DNA of 64,000 nt. It comes from Antedon mediterranea. Its lineage: Eukaryota; Animalia; Echinodermata. Position numbers and translations under genes: made by a program. This document shows positions 38,201-53,200 of this stretch, piece after piece. Location of the stretch: contig NC_092675.1 of the NCBI RefSeq assembly GCF_964355755.1, positions 6,381,812-6,445,811 on the forward strand, in the 5' to 3' direction. Positions within the stretch are counted from its first letter, which is position 1, and every line of letters starts with the position of its first letter. Below the pieces are notes generated by a model. It made no database searches. It was given only the letters and a program-made list of their open reading frames with translations, and was not told where the DNA came from.

Positions 38201-41200
38201 AAGACTCAAACGCCTGTATTCTTAAACCGGACTTTAGTCCTAGTTCGAAGTTCGACTTGAAAAAGTCGTAGTTCGAGCTATTACTTCAAATTCGATTCAT
38301 AAACGAAGTAGTCGAAGTTTGCAGTTCGACTTAATGAAGTCGAGCTTTTAGTCGAGTTGCACACGTCTGGGTAACAAAGACTATACATTGACCAATGACA
38401 AGAGAGTATTTGAGGAGCAGACGACATTTTGCGCATTGATATCACTTTCCATTTTCTTACAAAACTTTTTACACATCAGGACTATATACATGAAAAATAA
38501 TTTTAAACGTTAATTATTAGAACAAGATCAGTATTAATTTAACAGTGAAGTACTTTTGATTAACAACAAACAAAATCTTAAAAATATATTTAGGAACCAT
38601 GGCGGTACGGTAACTTTCATATTTTCTGGGCCTTGCATGATTGCGACAAACCACGCACTTCATAGCGTAACAAGAAAGCGCTAGGCCCAGAGCCATATAT
38701 ATAAAGAGTTACGACATTGGATTATAGTCACGTGATATGCAGATCAATTTGTGTCAAACTTGTCTCCGTTAATGCATGTAAAGTATAGGAGCAAGAAAAT
38801 ACTTTAAACTTTTTCTTATATTTAAAAAAATTTAATTGCACATTTTACGGTGAAATATCGATGTGCACAGCGTACAGAAGTACTTGTGCCAAAGAATATT
38901 GCGCGCGCGTGCGCTACAGTAGTACATTATAAAGTTCGATTGATTGATTTTGGAACAAAACATCCCATAACTACGTCCTATTAATAACAATTATGTAATA
39001 TTTTCAATTCATAATGCATGCTTTGATGACTAAATAAAATAATAAAGTGTCGTGGATATATTTGTTAATATACAGAAAAGGGTATGAACAATATTTAAAT
39101 AATAAAGGCAAATTATTACAAATGAAATGATGAACGAGTCTCTGAAAGTTTGTGTCAAAAACACACAGAGAGCCATATACTGTATAATAAGAGGGGTGAA
39201 TTTGTGTGTTTTTTGTATTGGTTCATGCTTTGATGTATCCTGACTTGCATGTAGGCCCTGGCATTTATTCTTTTGTTATTATAGACACAATATATATATG
39301 TTACCAAATTAATACCATTAATAAAATTAATTACTAAAAACAAAAACGGAATATAAGCGTTATTTCATAGACAAAAAAATCTAAAAATAATGCATGAACT
39401 ACACGAAAACGCTATAAAATAGACGCTTGGGCCCTCAGCGTGCGAATTCTTTAACACAAAAATGGCTTCTAATTTTCAATGTCGTAACTCTTTATATATA
39501 TGGCTCTGGCTAGGCCCCCTAAACATTCCATCGCGAGGTGAATTTCCGCATCTCCCATTGTCGCTATGGTGTGACATAGTTCAAGTCGGACTTGCGCGAA
39601 GAAAATAATGTAATTTGTATACGGTTATAAATAAAGATGATTTTCATTATTATAACTTATACCAATGTATATTTAATTAAGCTAATATAAAAATAGATAT
39701 TTCATTCTTCAATATCTGGCCAATATAACAACTCAATGACTATTACGTTTTTCATAAACATCGTTTAAAAACCATTTAGTTGACCATTTAGCCTGCCCTC
39801 CAGGACTAAATAAATCGATCAAAATCCGTCTCGATTTAGTCGAGGTTGGCCTGATTTAGTCGGCGATTTAGTTGAAGTTCGGTTTATGAATTAAAATGAG
39901 GTCATTTTTAAAGTTTTAGCTCGAACTAAGACTAAAGTCCGGTTTTAGAATACGGGCGAAAGTCTTGAAGTCGAGGACTGAAGCACCTGAATGAGTAGTA
40001 CTAAGTGTGTTAAAACCAACTCGGACAGCATCGTGTGACTTGCCCAACGTCGGTGCTGTCTGAGTTGAATTCAGATGAGACTTAAGATAGGGTCGGGCGT
40101 AGTTTTAGGTTATCGGGAGAAGTTTAAACGTGTTTAGTTTTCTCCCAACATTGTACGACCTGTCTAAGTTGGCATTTAGTGTGAGTAGACACTTCACTGA
40201 TTGTCTTGTTTCATTGTATTTTTAAATAGAAATGACAGACTGTACAGCCAGAAAAACACAGAGATTATTCAGCCTAGTAATTTATACTATGAACAATTTG
40301 AATTGCAAGAACTTGAAAAACGGGTAAGAATGATCATAGAGATATTGTTCACTATAATATCTCTATGGAATGATCCAAACAATTTTCGGAAAATACACAA
40401 GTTCAAATTCAAATATTCTTTATTCATCCTCAATCATGAAAATATACAACAACAATATATGAGAACATAAAAAAGATGAAAAGGAAACACATAAAAACTC
40501 AAAAGAGCTTGATTAGTTGTGTCCCCCTATGTCCCTAAAAACTAGCCTAAAAAACTAAAACATAAATAATAAAAAAAGCTAAATCCTGCAACAAGTATTA
40601 TTTTTAAAATTATTTGTAAAATGATAATAAATGTTCTTTAAACAATGATTTAAATATATATATTGATTTGGTACTTTGTAGTTCGTAATTCAAGTCATTC
40701 CACAATTTGGGTCCCACACATGACACAGTAAAACTAGTAGAAGTACGATTACGTTTTCTGAGTCTCATTTTGTCTTTAGATCTTGTATTATAATTATGGT
40801 AAGAACCATTTTTAATAAAGAGCGATGAAAAACGCACGTCCTGATTAGTAGTAACATTATACATGAAAAGCCCAATTTGGTACTTATTGATATCCGCAAT
40901 TTTAAGAAGTTTAAATTTATAGAAACATTCAGTCATTGAATCATTAAACTTTGACCATGTTATAGCTCGTAATGCCCTTTTCTGGAGTTTAAATAACTCA
41001 TCTAAATAACTTGGAAATGTGCTACACCATATTATGTTGCAATAATTTAATACTGGTTCAATGAGTGATTTGTATATTGTCCAGAGAGCATAGGTTGGTA
41101 AAAAATGTCTTACTTTATATAGTATGCCTACATATCGAGATATTTTCCTAGCTGTAACATTGATGTGGTTCTTATATGTGAGAAATTCATCAATATGTAC

Positions 41201-44200
41201 TCCAAGGAATTTAGTCGATTTAACTCTATCTATTCTTTTATTGTTGACATAAATATTTACATTCTCTAAATTACTTGGATTTCGCTGATTGCGGAAAATT
41301 ATGTAATTAGTTTTTTTAACGTTGATTGATAGTTTATTGCACATGAACCATTCCGAAACATTTTAACTAGTTCTATGAGCGTATCCAAGTTTTCGTGAGA
41401 TGCAGATATGTTTGTGTCGTCAGCAAATAAAACAAAAGATAACGAGTTTGAGCAATTAAATACATCGTTAATGTACAAAATAAAAAGTAGAGGCCCCAGA
41501 ATTGAACCCTGTGGTACACCGCAATTTATATCCATCAAACACGAACTTGTGTTATCAATAGACGTAAATTGTTTCCTTCCATTAATATAGTTTCTAAACC
41601 ATTTAAGGGCCGTGCCTCTTATGCCATAGTGTTCCAATTTTTTAAGAAGTATATCATGGTTGATGGTGTCAAACGCTTTTGACAAATCAATAAATATTCC
41701 GATGGTATTTTTTTTCTTATCAAGCGCATCGGTTATTCGTTCAACCAGATCTATAACGGCCATAAAAGTAGAACTGTTTTTTCTGAAACCATATTGTGCA
41801 TTATTAAGGATGTTAAACTTTGTGATATAATTATTTACTCTAATTTGAACAATTTTTTCAAGAATTTTTGAAGCGGTAGGCAGAATAGAGATCGGCCTAT
41901 AATTACTGACGTCACTTTTATTGCCAGATTTAAAAATTGGAACTACTTTAGCTACTTTCATACTATCAGGGACCATGCCTGTCTCAAGAGAGAGGTTAAA
42001 GATATGTACAAGAGGAGATGCCACAGCAGCAATAATATGTTTTAGAATGCGATTACTTAAGTTATCAACACCTTCTGAATTTGAATTTTTGATTTGACTA
42101 ACTATTTCAATGACCTCTTCTTCATTTGTAGGATTGAAAAATATGGATTGGGATTGACTCTCTTTCATATATTGTTTAAAGTCAGAATTGTTTACATTTG
42201 GTATTTTGTTTGCTAATTCATTTCCAATGTTGGAGAAGAAGTCATTAAAAGCGTCAGACACACCTTTTGGATCACATACCAAAGTTTTATTACTATGGTT
42301 AATTACCTCATTTGGCTTAACACTCGATTTTTTTCTATTTAGAACTTCATTTAAAACTTTCCATGTTTGCTTTGAATCGTGTCGAGCTGCATCCAGTTTT
42401 TTGGAATAATATTGTTTTTTCCGAATTCTAATTAAATGAGTTAATTTATTTTTGTACTTTTTATATATATTTTTTAATAATTGTGTTGGGTTTTTAAGGT
42501 ATTTTTTATAAAGTTTATTTTTCTTTTTTATTGAAATCAAAATTCCTGTTGTGATCCATGGTTTTTTCTTTGTATTACCATTTGGCTTATTACTTTTTGT
42601 AGGTATGTTATTATCTATGAGATTGGATAGTTTTTTAATAAATAGGTTATATGATGTATTGGTATCTGTGCATAAATATAGTTCACCCCAATCCTCATTA
42701 GAAATAGCAATAAGCAAGTTATTTAATGTTGTATCATTAATTATTTTTTGTTTTGTAATTGGAGCTTGTGTGTTAGTATTTAATGACAAGTGTGTTGTCA
42801 TGAAAATGGGTAGATGATCGGTAATGTCAGTGACTATTACTCCACAATGCGAAATGTTATCATCATTTGTAATAATATTATCTAAAATTGTAGCAGAAGA
42901 CGATGTTATTCTGGTGGGTAAGTTGATTAATGGACTAAAAGATGTTGAGTAAATAATGTTTGTGAATTCCTGTGTTGTTTTTTGAATGTCATATTTTAAT
43001 AAGTCTTGATTAAAATCTCCTAAGATATAGCAGTTTTTGTTTTCGCGATTAAGTTTATGTAAGATTTCTTCCAGATCAGAGTTAAATGAGTTGACGTTTG
43101 AATTTGGTGGTCGATACAACATACCTACAATAGTATTTTTGCCGTTTGTGTTTTTTATTTCTAGAAAAAGTGAATCAATGGAGTTATCATTAAATACAAA
43201 ATCATCACGTGTTACGGTGTTGATTTGTTCTTTTAAATATAGACAAACTCCACCACCGACTCTACCTTCTCTATTACAAGTGTACATATTGTATCCATTG
43301 ATATTTAATAAGTCAATTGGCGTGTTCTTATTTATCCAGGTTTCCGAGAAACCAAGTACATCAAACGCACGACCTATGGTATCTAACATAATGCTAATTT
43401 CGTCGAAGTGTTTTGGAAGACTACGTGCATTCATGTGTAACGTGGTAAAGATACCATCGTTATCAATTTGCGCCTGTAGCTCATTTAGTTGTGTTGGAGT
43501 GAAATATTTGCATAAACCAGCCTCGTCACTTTCAAAGCAATCTAAGGAATGTGTAGGACTCGATTTATTTTCATATTGAGTCGTGCTCATAAAGTAGTAT
43601 TGGAAAAGAACAAAATACAATCAATTCACCAAAGCTGTTAAGCAAAATGGCGTTCAAATAAATGACTAAAAACCGGCAGGTTAGCAATACAATAATAAAA
43701 AAAAACACAATTTACAATAAAAAGAATCACAATAAAGCACACACACCAAACAGTTAATGCAGTCTATAATGTATACAATAGTTAAAATTCTGGTTTCAGG
43801 GCAAAAACAAGAAATCTCACAATTTCACATTTAATGTACTACCACACGGTAAATTAGGTGGAATGCAGTTTGTTGAGATCGGAAAATTTTGTTACGACAA
43901 TCTTCTTATTATTCTTAGTTAGTACATGTATGCGTCCATCTTGGGTCCAGACTGCGGTCAAGGCGGAATTATGCTGGGTTTTGATGGTTCTTAACAATTT
44001 CATCCTTTTCATTGTTAGGTTCTCGTGTATAAAGTTGCTTTCCACTCAAAAGTGTTGGCAGCCAATGGGCATGCATATTCATATTTCCATCTATTTTTTG
44101 GGACACAACAACATTTTCAACCAATCATATCTCAGAAAATGTTTTATTTATTATACCCATAATATACTTTAATTTTTGTGTTTCTATAATTGTCAGGACC

Positions 44201-47200
44201 CGTGTTTGGAGGAAGTTGAAGTGAGCAGTGTAGTTGATACAAACATGCTGTACAATGTCAATGACAACCTGACTACAGAGAATGTCCTGGGCTCAATAAA
44301 TGATGGTAAGAACTTTCTACCTCCAATTCATAAAGAAATCATTCTTTAATCTATCATTTTTCAGTAACTACATTTATTGTCATATGACGATATAAATACA
44401 GTATAAATGCATTGTTATCCTTAACAGTAGGCCTATAAATGTTGTTTATCTTAGTCTACTACTTACAGAATAGAATGGCATTTCTGAACACTATTGGAAA
44501 CAGTCTTAATTTGGAGTTAGTATGCTACAAAAATTAGCCTATGTACCCTATGATACTTTTTTGAATAATAACAATGTGCTTAGATATTGAAAAACTTGGA
44601 GGAGTGAAACTGACCCAGAATGAACCATATGACTCAAGTCAACCAATCACAGTTAAGAAGTCACCAGAGGAGGCATTTATCGAGATCAACAAGACTGCCA
44701 ATGAAATATGTCAGCATCAGGATGATGGCATTCTAGAGTCTCCGTCAAAGACTGACATCAGCTTGCTGCCAATTTTTCTTCAGAACCTCACAGAATCATT
44801 GGCAAAAGAGATCATACCAACATTTGAATTTCCGTAAGAAACAGATGATACTAATTAACTATTTAAAAAATATTTTAATATTTAAATACTATTTTAATTT
44901 TAATTACTACTGTTTCCTTTGTTATCAAAGCATGTTTATATAAGTACTTACTTTTTTATACCATAATAATAACTAATACCACTTATAATAATATTTCTTG
45001 TTCTACATTTCTAAGAGTATTGATCTCAGCAGAAGAAAAAGAAAAACTGATGCAAGCATTGATCACGAGTGAGAGGTTCTTTAAGGATATTTCAACACTA
45101 ATATTAAAAGGTAAATTTTATTCCACAATTGTCTACAAAAATTTCATCTAGATCTTTTTATAAAAAGAAGTTTCTTTTCTCCTTTTGAAGGTAGAAAAAA
45201 ATGTATTATGTAAAATTAATCTTTTATTGTTTATGAAAATATGTAATGCTTTAATACTATTGAAAATGGAAGTCAATGCTTTCAAGAATAATATTTAAAA
45301 AAAAAAAAATAACATTTATAAAATTGTACTTTCAGTTCCTGTCAGTCCAACCAAAGTGCTTCTTGATAACCTCATTCAAGAAGCTCAGATGCTATTGAAT
45401 GCCAAACCAGAGCACTGTAGTGGAGAGCTAGAATTGAATCTGACATGGGATCCTGTAGCTGCATCAAAGCCTGATGTATATAGAGCTACAGAGCCACTGG
45501 ACATAGTAGCGAGCACAGAGGCTAAAGTTGTACCAACTGCGGCTGAGGAATTCTTTCCATTGGAATATAATGAAGGTACAGTAATATCTGCATAATATAT
45601 ATTTTACAGACATCAGTTGTGCTACAAATATTGCTAATGTGTGAATACACCATGGTTATTTTTTATGTTCAAAACTGTGAAATAAATGTGTACATTACAA
45701 CTAAAGCTTTGTCTACACTATCAAACTAGTTGGACAAAAAAAGTGTGATGTGCCCAAATATGATATTGATATGCCCAAATATGGTAGTGATATGTATATA
45801 TATATGTCCATATATGGGCACATCACATTTTTTTTGACAGTGTACCCATGGTATACATTTGTGAAAATCTTAAAATATAATACATAATAATATAATGCCG
45901 AAATAAAAAAGTTACTATTATGAGAACACGATTATCAACATTTAAATTTATACAGCAGCACACATTTATAGCATGCTATCAGCATTGCTTTACATCAATT
46001 ATAAAATTATGATTTTAATATGTATACCTGAAACAAAAATATAACTTGTATAGATTTGAAGAAAAACATTTATAAAACATTTTTACTCACTAAGCTTTGA
46101 ACACAATGGCAGAAGACAGAATGGACCTGACTCTGTCAGAGGTTTCTGGTGTTCCTTTAGTAGTTGTGGACCTGACTCTGTCAGAAGTTAATCCTGGTGT
46201 TCCTTCAGAATCAGAAGAGAAGATCGCTGATCAGCTTGAAGGCACGGTTAATGGACAAAGTAGTATTCAGACTAAAACAATGGATCAAAATAAGCAAGAA
46301 AACCAACATCATATGAATAATGAGCAATGTGAAGAAATCAGTGTGGAGAAAGATTGTATGGAAATTGAAGAAAACATCTTGAAATCACAAACACAAGAAA
46401 AAAAGTCCACTTATGCAGAAAAGGAAGAGGGGAATGATAATAGAATAGATATTGGAATACAACAACATAAATCACAAATAGATATCAGTGATGAAAAGAA
46501 ACAATGGGATTTGAAAAATGAAACTAGTTGTAATGATAAAACAGAAAAATATGGAGGAATATTATTTAAGGTGAAGAAAAATATAATTCAAACACAAGAC
46601 GGGATAAAAAGACGAAAACTAAAACATGATGAATCAAGTAGAATATCATTGCCTCTTACTGGGAACCCGGTTGATGATTTCTTCATGTTAAGAAATGGTA
46701 AAAGAAATTTAAAAATGGGTGAGGATACTACAAACATGACAGGAAGTGTAGAGAGTGCAGAGACATTTGGTAAAAGAAGTACGAAAATGGGTAAAGATAC
46801 TACAAAAATGACAGGAAGTGTGGAGAATGCAGAGAAATTTGGTAAAAGAAGTACGAAAATGGGTGAAGATATTACGAAAATGACAGGAAGTGTAGAGAAT
46901 GTGGAGAAATTTGGTAAAAGAAGCATAAAAACGGTTGAAAATGTTGTGGATATAAAAGCCGGGAAGGTTGAAAATACATCTGATGATATGAAAACAAGAA
47001 ATACAAACACAATTGGTCAGAAACTTTCTGGTGAGTATATGATTACATCTGTGAATTATAATGAATTGCAATTACTATATATACAAATATAATTGTTTAA
47101 CTGCTGCGAAATAGCTTTTTGCTACAGTGTTAAGTTAATCGATCAGATGTTTACCCTCTTGGGTGGGAGAGAATTACTTTGTTTTCAAAAAGTTGTCTAA

Positions 47201-50200
47201 ATGTACCGAGTGTACAGTACAATAATTATATCAGAGTAGGGGAATACATATCTGACGAATTATAAACATTTAAATATTTAAACAATTTTTAATTAAACTA
47301 CATTTCTACATTTTCTTAGAAACATTGACAGTTAATGAAAAATCAAGAGCAGATAATAAGAATATGGAAGAAGAAATAAGACCTATGAAAGAAAAACAAA
47401 GGAAAAGGACAAAATCCAAAATCATAGAAATTAATCTCCCAGGCAAGAATGCAGTTTACTATTTCTATTTGTTTAAATAAACACATTAGGCATAGAAAGT
47501 TAATTCTAAACAGCCCGGTGATATACTGAAATTTTATTAAATTATTAATTATTTATTTAAATAAATATACAATGTAAAAAAAAGATACTGTAAAAACAAA
47601 TTTCTTGTTTATTTAGAGTCCTACCAAAAAATACTGAATATTTTGGAAGATTGTGCAAAACCTGCTTTACGATTCTTAGTGTCAGTTGGACGTCTTCAAC
47701 AGACGGCTACATTCTACTTCCTAGAACCATGTGCTACCAGATTTATGATGAAACAACAACACCTTCAGCAAATGAACAATAATAATGGTAAGGACTGGTG
47801 ACAATACTTTCCTTTGTGTACACTCTTTCAGATCTGTAGGACCAGAACACGGATACCAGGCCCTACAGTATAAATTGCACATACTGGAGATATATAAATA
47901 GGCTCTATAAATGTCATTGTATGTTAAACATTGAAAGAAGCCCATCTCGAAAACAATGCCACCCTTCTTTGGTTTGCAATACTCATTTGGAAATGAAGCC
48001 CATCTAGCAAAGAAGTACCGTACATGAGATTCGGTATTAGGGGGTAGCCCTGGCTAGGTTAGTCCTGCTGCATATCACGATTAGAGTTTCGTCCTAATTT
48101 GTTTAAACAATCCTTTAAAGACTTCATTTATCATTGTATAGAGTACAAGTTTACCATTATTCTTCATGCTATGGTGTCTTCTGCTGACCTCTTGTGCAGA
48201 TGTGACCTTACCTCACATCCTAATTTGTTTAAACAATCCTTTAAAAACTTCATTTATCATTGTATAGAGTACAAGTTTACCGTTATTCTTCATGCTATGG
48301 TGTCTTCTGCTGACCTCTTGTGCAGATGTGACCTTACCTCACGTCCTAATTTGTTTAAACAATCCTTTAAAGACTTCATTTATCATTGTATAGAGTACAA
48401 GTTTACCATTATTCTTCATGCTATGGTGTCTTCTGCTGACCTCTTGTGCAGATGTGACCTTACCTCACGTCCTAATTTGTTTAAACAATCCTTTAAAGAC
48501 TTCATTTATCATTGTATAGAGTACAAGTTGACCGTTATTCTTCATGCTATGGTGTCTTCTGCTGACCTCTTGTGCAGATGTGACCTTACCTCATGTCCTA
48601 ATTTGTTTAAACAATCCTTTAAAGACTTCATTTATCATTGTATAGAGTACAAGTTTACCATTATTCTTCATGCTATGGTGTCTTCTGCTGACCTCTTGTG
48701 CAGATGTGACCTTACCTCACGTCCTAATTTGTTTAAACAATCCTTTAAAGACTTCATTTATCATTGTATAGAGTACAAGTTTACCATTATTCTTCATGCT
48801 ATGGTGTCTTCTGCTGACCTCTTGTGCAGATGTGACCTTACCTCACGTCCTAATTTGTTTAAACAATCCTTTAAAGACTTCATTTATCATTGTATAGAGT
48901 ACAAGTTTACCGTTATTCTTCATGCTATGGTGTCTTCTGCTGACCTCTTGTGCAGATGTGACCTTACCTCACGTCCTAATTTGTTTAAACAATCCTTTAA
49001 AGACTTCATTTATCATTGTATAGAGTACAAGTTTACCATTATTCTTCATGCTATGGTGTCTTCTGCTGACCTCTTGTGCAGATGTGACCTTACCTCACGT
49101 CCTAATTTGTTTAAACAATCCTTTAAAGACTTCATTTATCATTGTATAGAGTACAAGTTTACCATTATTCTTCATGCTATGGTGTCTTCTGCTGACCTCT
49201 TGTGCAGATGTGACCTTACCTCACGTCCTAATTTGTTTAAACAATCCTTTAAAGACTTCATTTATCATTGTATAGAGTACAAGTTTACCATTATTCTTCA
49301 TGCTATGGTGTCTTCTGCTGACCTCTTGTGCAGATGTGACCTTACCTCACGTCCTAATTTGTTTAAACAATCCTTTAAAGACTTCATTTATCATTGTATA
49401 GAGTACAAGTTTACCATTATTCTTCATGCTATGGTGTCTTCTGCTGACCTCTTGTGCAGATGTGACCTCCCTACAGTATACATTCATCTCAGAGCTTTTC
49501 AGCAACAGTACAGGAACATTCTTAATGGTAAGAAATTTTAGTTAAAACATGTAGTTCTTGTTTTCGTAATTATAAAGATACATTACATATTTCAAGAGAT
49601 TGTGGGAGATTGTAATTGCATCAGTGTATATTGTAATACATGCTTTGGAAAACTGAAGAATTTTATGCGTTGTTATGTGTTATGATTTTACAGATGAACT
49701 GCAAAATGTGATAGACAAAATGTTTGATAAGTTACAGATACTTGATAAGGAGCAAGTTCAGTCACCAAAAATTACAGAGCTTATTGAACAGCTTCAGAGC
49801 TGGTACACTCGTAAGATAACAAAGGAAGGAAGTGATCACCAGCCTAAGGTTTGCATATCAACTCATTTTTATCCTCATTATGAATGTAAAGAATTAAGAT
49901 AAAATAGATATAAAAGATAAGGAGAATTTAATTGTGGTGTGGTGTTATTATTATCATCATCATCGGTACAATCACAAAGCCATAATCTACAATGATGTCA
50001 ATTGCCTTTACTCCTTCTCAAAATCAATTATCATTGGTGGATACCATTAACTCCAAAAAAAAACTAAATCCTCCGCAAAATATTTTTCCTTTTTTTCCAT
50101 GTCTAATATATTAAATTATATATTCAATTTACAGATACTAATTATTGTATCATTTGATGTTCCTAGCTTAGTGAACTCAATCTGCAAATCCATTGGTCAA

Positions 50201-53200
50201 TTACCTTGTAAGTATTCAATTCAACTTGTCATAACAAGTGTATAACACAGAGTCTTTGAGAGAAGATGTATTTTTATTCATATTAATGCTAGTTTAGACT
50301 AAATAGGCTTGTATAGATTTTGTACACTGCTAACTAGTTTAATATATCACTGCTTGACAAAGGCCTCTGATCTAAAATCAACTTTCTCTATCTTTGGCAT
50401 TCCATGTCCATACTGGTGAGTCTGCTAAACTTACTATTTCGTACTACATTGAAAGTAATGCATATAATAAGAAATTCTAAGCTGTCTATCAAAAATATAG
50501 AAAACAAATTATATGTGAATGATATGTATTAATAAATGAGAAAACATGCAAGTGAAAACATTTCCCAACCAAGACTTTTTTCCCTAAAATGTTCATTTGT
50601 ATCATGTATAATATAAAATACAATTTTCATTTTTCCATTATATAGATTTTATATGCAAATACTTTGCTGGTAGTGGCTATAGAGATATATCATCCCAACT
50701 GGACCACTGTAACTGCCTGGTCCTTAAGGAAAGCCAGATTGGTGAGGACTTTCCCTGGGCTCATTTCTCCCTGGTAGTAGGGTATGCACACCGCATAGAA
50801 TCACCATGGGAAGAAATGTGTAATAGACAGAATATACGGTATATTGCACTCAAGATGGTCTGGCCACCGCACAATGACAAGAATCATCTGGGTAAGAGTG
50901 CATATACAAATAATGAATGTTTAGTTGAATGGAGAAAATGTTTTTCTGAACTGAAAGATGGACTGGTCTATTCAATAATTTTTTTTCTAATCTAAAGCCC
51001 TGTTTACACTATCAAACTAGTTTAACAAAAACAGTGTGATGTGCATAAATATGGTAGTTATATGCCCAAGGGTGATATGACATCATCATGTCCATATATT
51101 GGCACGTAACATTTTTTTGTCACATAAAGTTTGATAGTGTAGACATAGCTTTATGCTCTTTAACAAATATGGTGCTTGAAATTTGGCCACTCACATATTA
51201 GTTTTTGATTGGGCATTTCATAATTAAGCCTACCACTTTGCACACAATTCATGGATATACTCCAGTACATTTTTTTTTTATGTCGTAGAATTGCCTTACT
51301 GTTCTAAAAGCAGACTATTATTTTAGAGGAATGGAAAAAATTATTAAATCATTTTGTTTTCTTAAATAGGAACATCCACAGCAGGTGAGACTGAACCGAT
51401 TGTGAATGCTGTTATAGGCTCATCAGCAGTCACTTCCAATCATCATCTTCTGCAATTGTTAGAAGCAAGGTTAGTCTAAGTTTGTAGGCAGAAAATTTAA
51501 AATTATATACATTAACATGTTGTGTTATACCTGAGCTCTACCATAACTTGGGGAAATTCTAATCAAATGCAATATCAAAAGATAATTGATTTGATTAGAA
51601 CATGGAGCTTATTCCTCCATGGTTAGAACTAGGTTTAATAATAATGTGAAATATTTCATTAGGTTTAGAAACTATAACAATTTTTGTTTGTGTTTGTATT
51701 AATATATTTATTGTGGTGGTAGTGGCGTAATTCAGAAGCCCAAGGCCCCTGGGTTAGGGACCCTAAGTGACTCCGACGCTAGAGGCGTTTTTTTGCTTTT
51801 TTCAACATATTTTAATGCCTCTTTTTCCCTTTGGTCTGGGCCCTGGTTTAAGCCAGTAAAGCTCATAGCTGCAACACCGCTGTGGGGCGGGTCAAACATA
51901 TATAACTGTATTTCTATATTACACACAATGTTGCTATGTTTGTGGAAATAAATTAAAATGCATAGACATAAATATGCTTCTCAATTGAATTACGTCATGA
52001 GGTGGTTTCCCGAATGATCGTAAAATCAAAACGATACTGGGTATGACCAACTAGCATTCTTGTCACCAACTAGTCATCCATTCATAGAGTACTGATGTAG
52101 CAGCCTCTGTACGGTGACTATAGAATGTGACCTGAGACATGACTAACCATGAATTTTAGTTGATAGAAGATTGAAAAATTTGTTATGAAGAGTTAAACTT
52201 TATGTGGATGTTTAATGAATTTATGTCAATAATGTTTACATACTAGGCACAGTAATATTTCTTAGTACTGTATAAACAATTTTCAGTTAATATCGTGATG
52301 TGGTTTCCTAAATGATCGTAAAATCAAAACGGTACTACTATTACGTACTAAATTACTGTATCATTAAAGATTTAATTTCCAAGTGCTTGAAAGAGATTAT
52401 CTTACCGACCAATCTGCCTCAACTTGCCAGTCGTTTCCAGACATTGTGATCGATGAGAGGACCTGCATAATTCTACTACCTTCAAAGCAATTGACAGAGG
52501 AAAACGCTGTTGATTTCGTTATCAACAGGATAGTTGGGTTAAGTCTTCAATGTTGTTACTGTGCTGTCTTCATATGTAATGACGATGCATCTGCAAGGTA
52601 ACATATTTTGATATGTTCAATTCATAAGATATAGATGACAAAACAGTGGTCGTATTCACCATTCAAACTTAGGGAGAAAGGGAAAGGGAAGCACTTACCC
52701 AAAAAATAAATAGAAATTGTAGCTTTGTTTTCTTTTATTTATTATTAGTTTTTTTTTCTTTTTATTTTTCGTATTTAATGTTATATCTTGAGGTGGGTCA
52801 AACTTAAAGTGTTTCTGACTTAAGTATGACTCTCCCCCCACATGATTACTTCATTGTATTTATTATCCTGTATGTTATGTGATTATACTGTGGAAATAAA
52901 TTGAATTGAATTGAAAATTTAAACAAATTCCTATCTATTCTAAGTAAATACAATTGAAGGGAAATATTTAAATACTTACTGAGATAAGTAAAATACACAA
53001 TATTTAAGGGAAATATCTCACTAACTTTGATTGTTGAATAAGAGTAAGACCACCGAGTCTCAAGGATGTTGTCTTTCTGATACATGTACGTCAAGCGCAA
53101 TAATACAAAAATACATAAAATAAAGGTAATTAAAAAGATTGAAGCCACTTTTCCCTTTTCCCACAGATAGCAATTATGCATTTAAGTTCAAACTTAATGG

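Noticed and set aside
41408-43579. Plus-strand ORFs within the LINE
   Set aside because: Antisense shadows of ORF2.
48099-49541. Stand-alone 480-aa repeat protein
   Set aside because: Starts at TTG inside an intron; it is a duplicated acceptor/exon of SHOC1.
51990-52340. ~45-bp direct repeat (gtggtttcc..aatgatcgtaaaatcaaaacg) as ncRNA
   Set aside because: No box motifs or stem; likely a local duplication or TE remnant.
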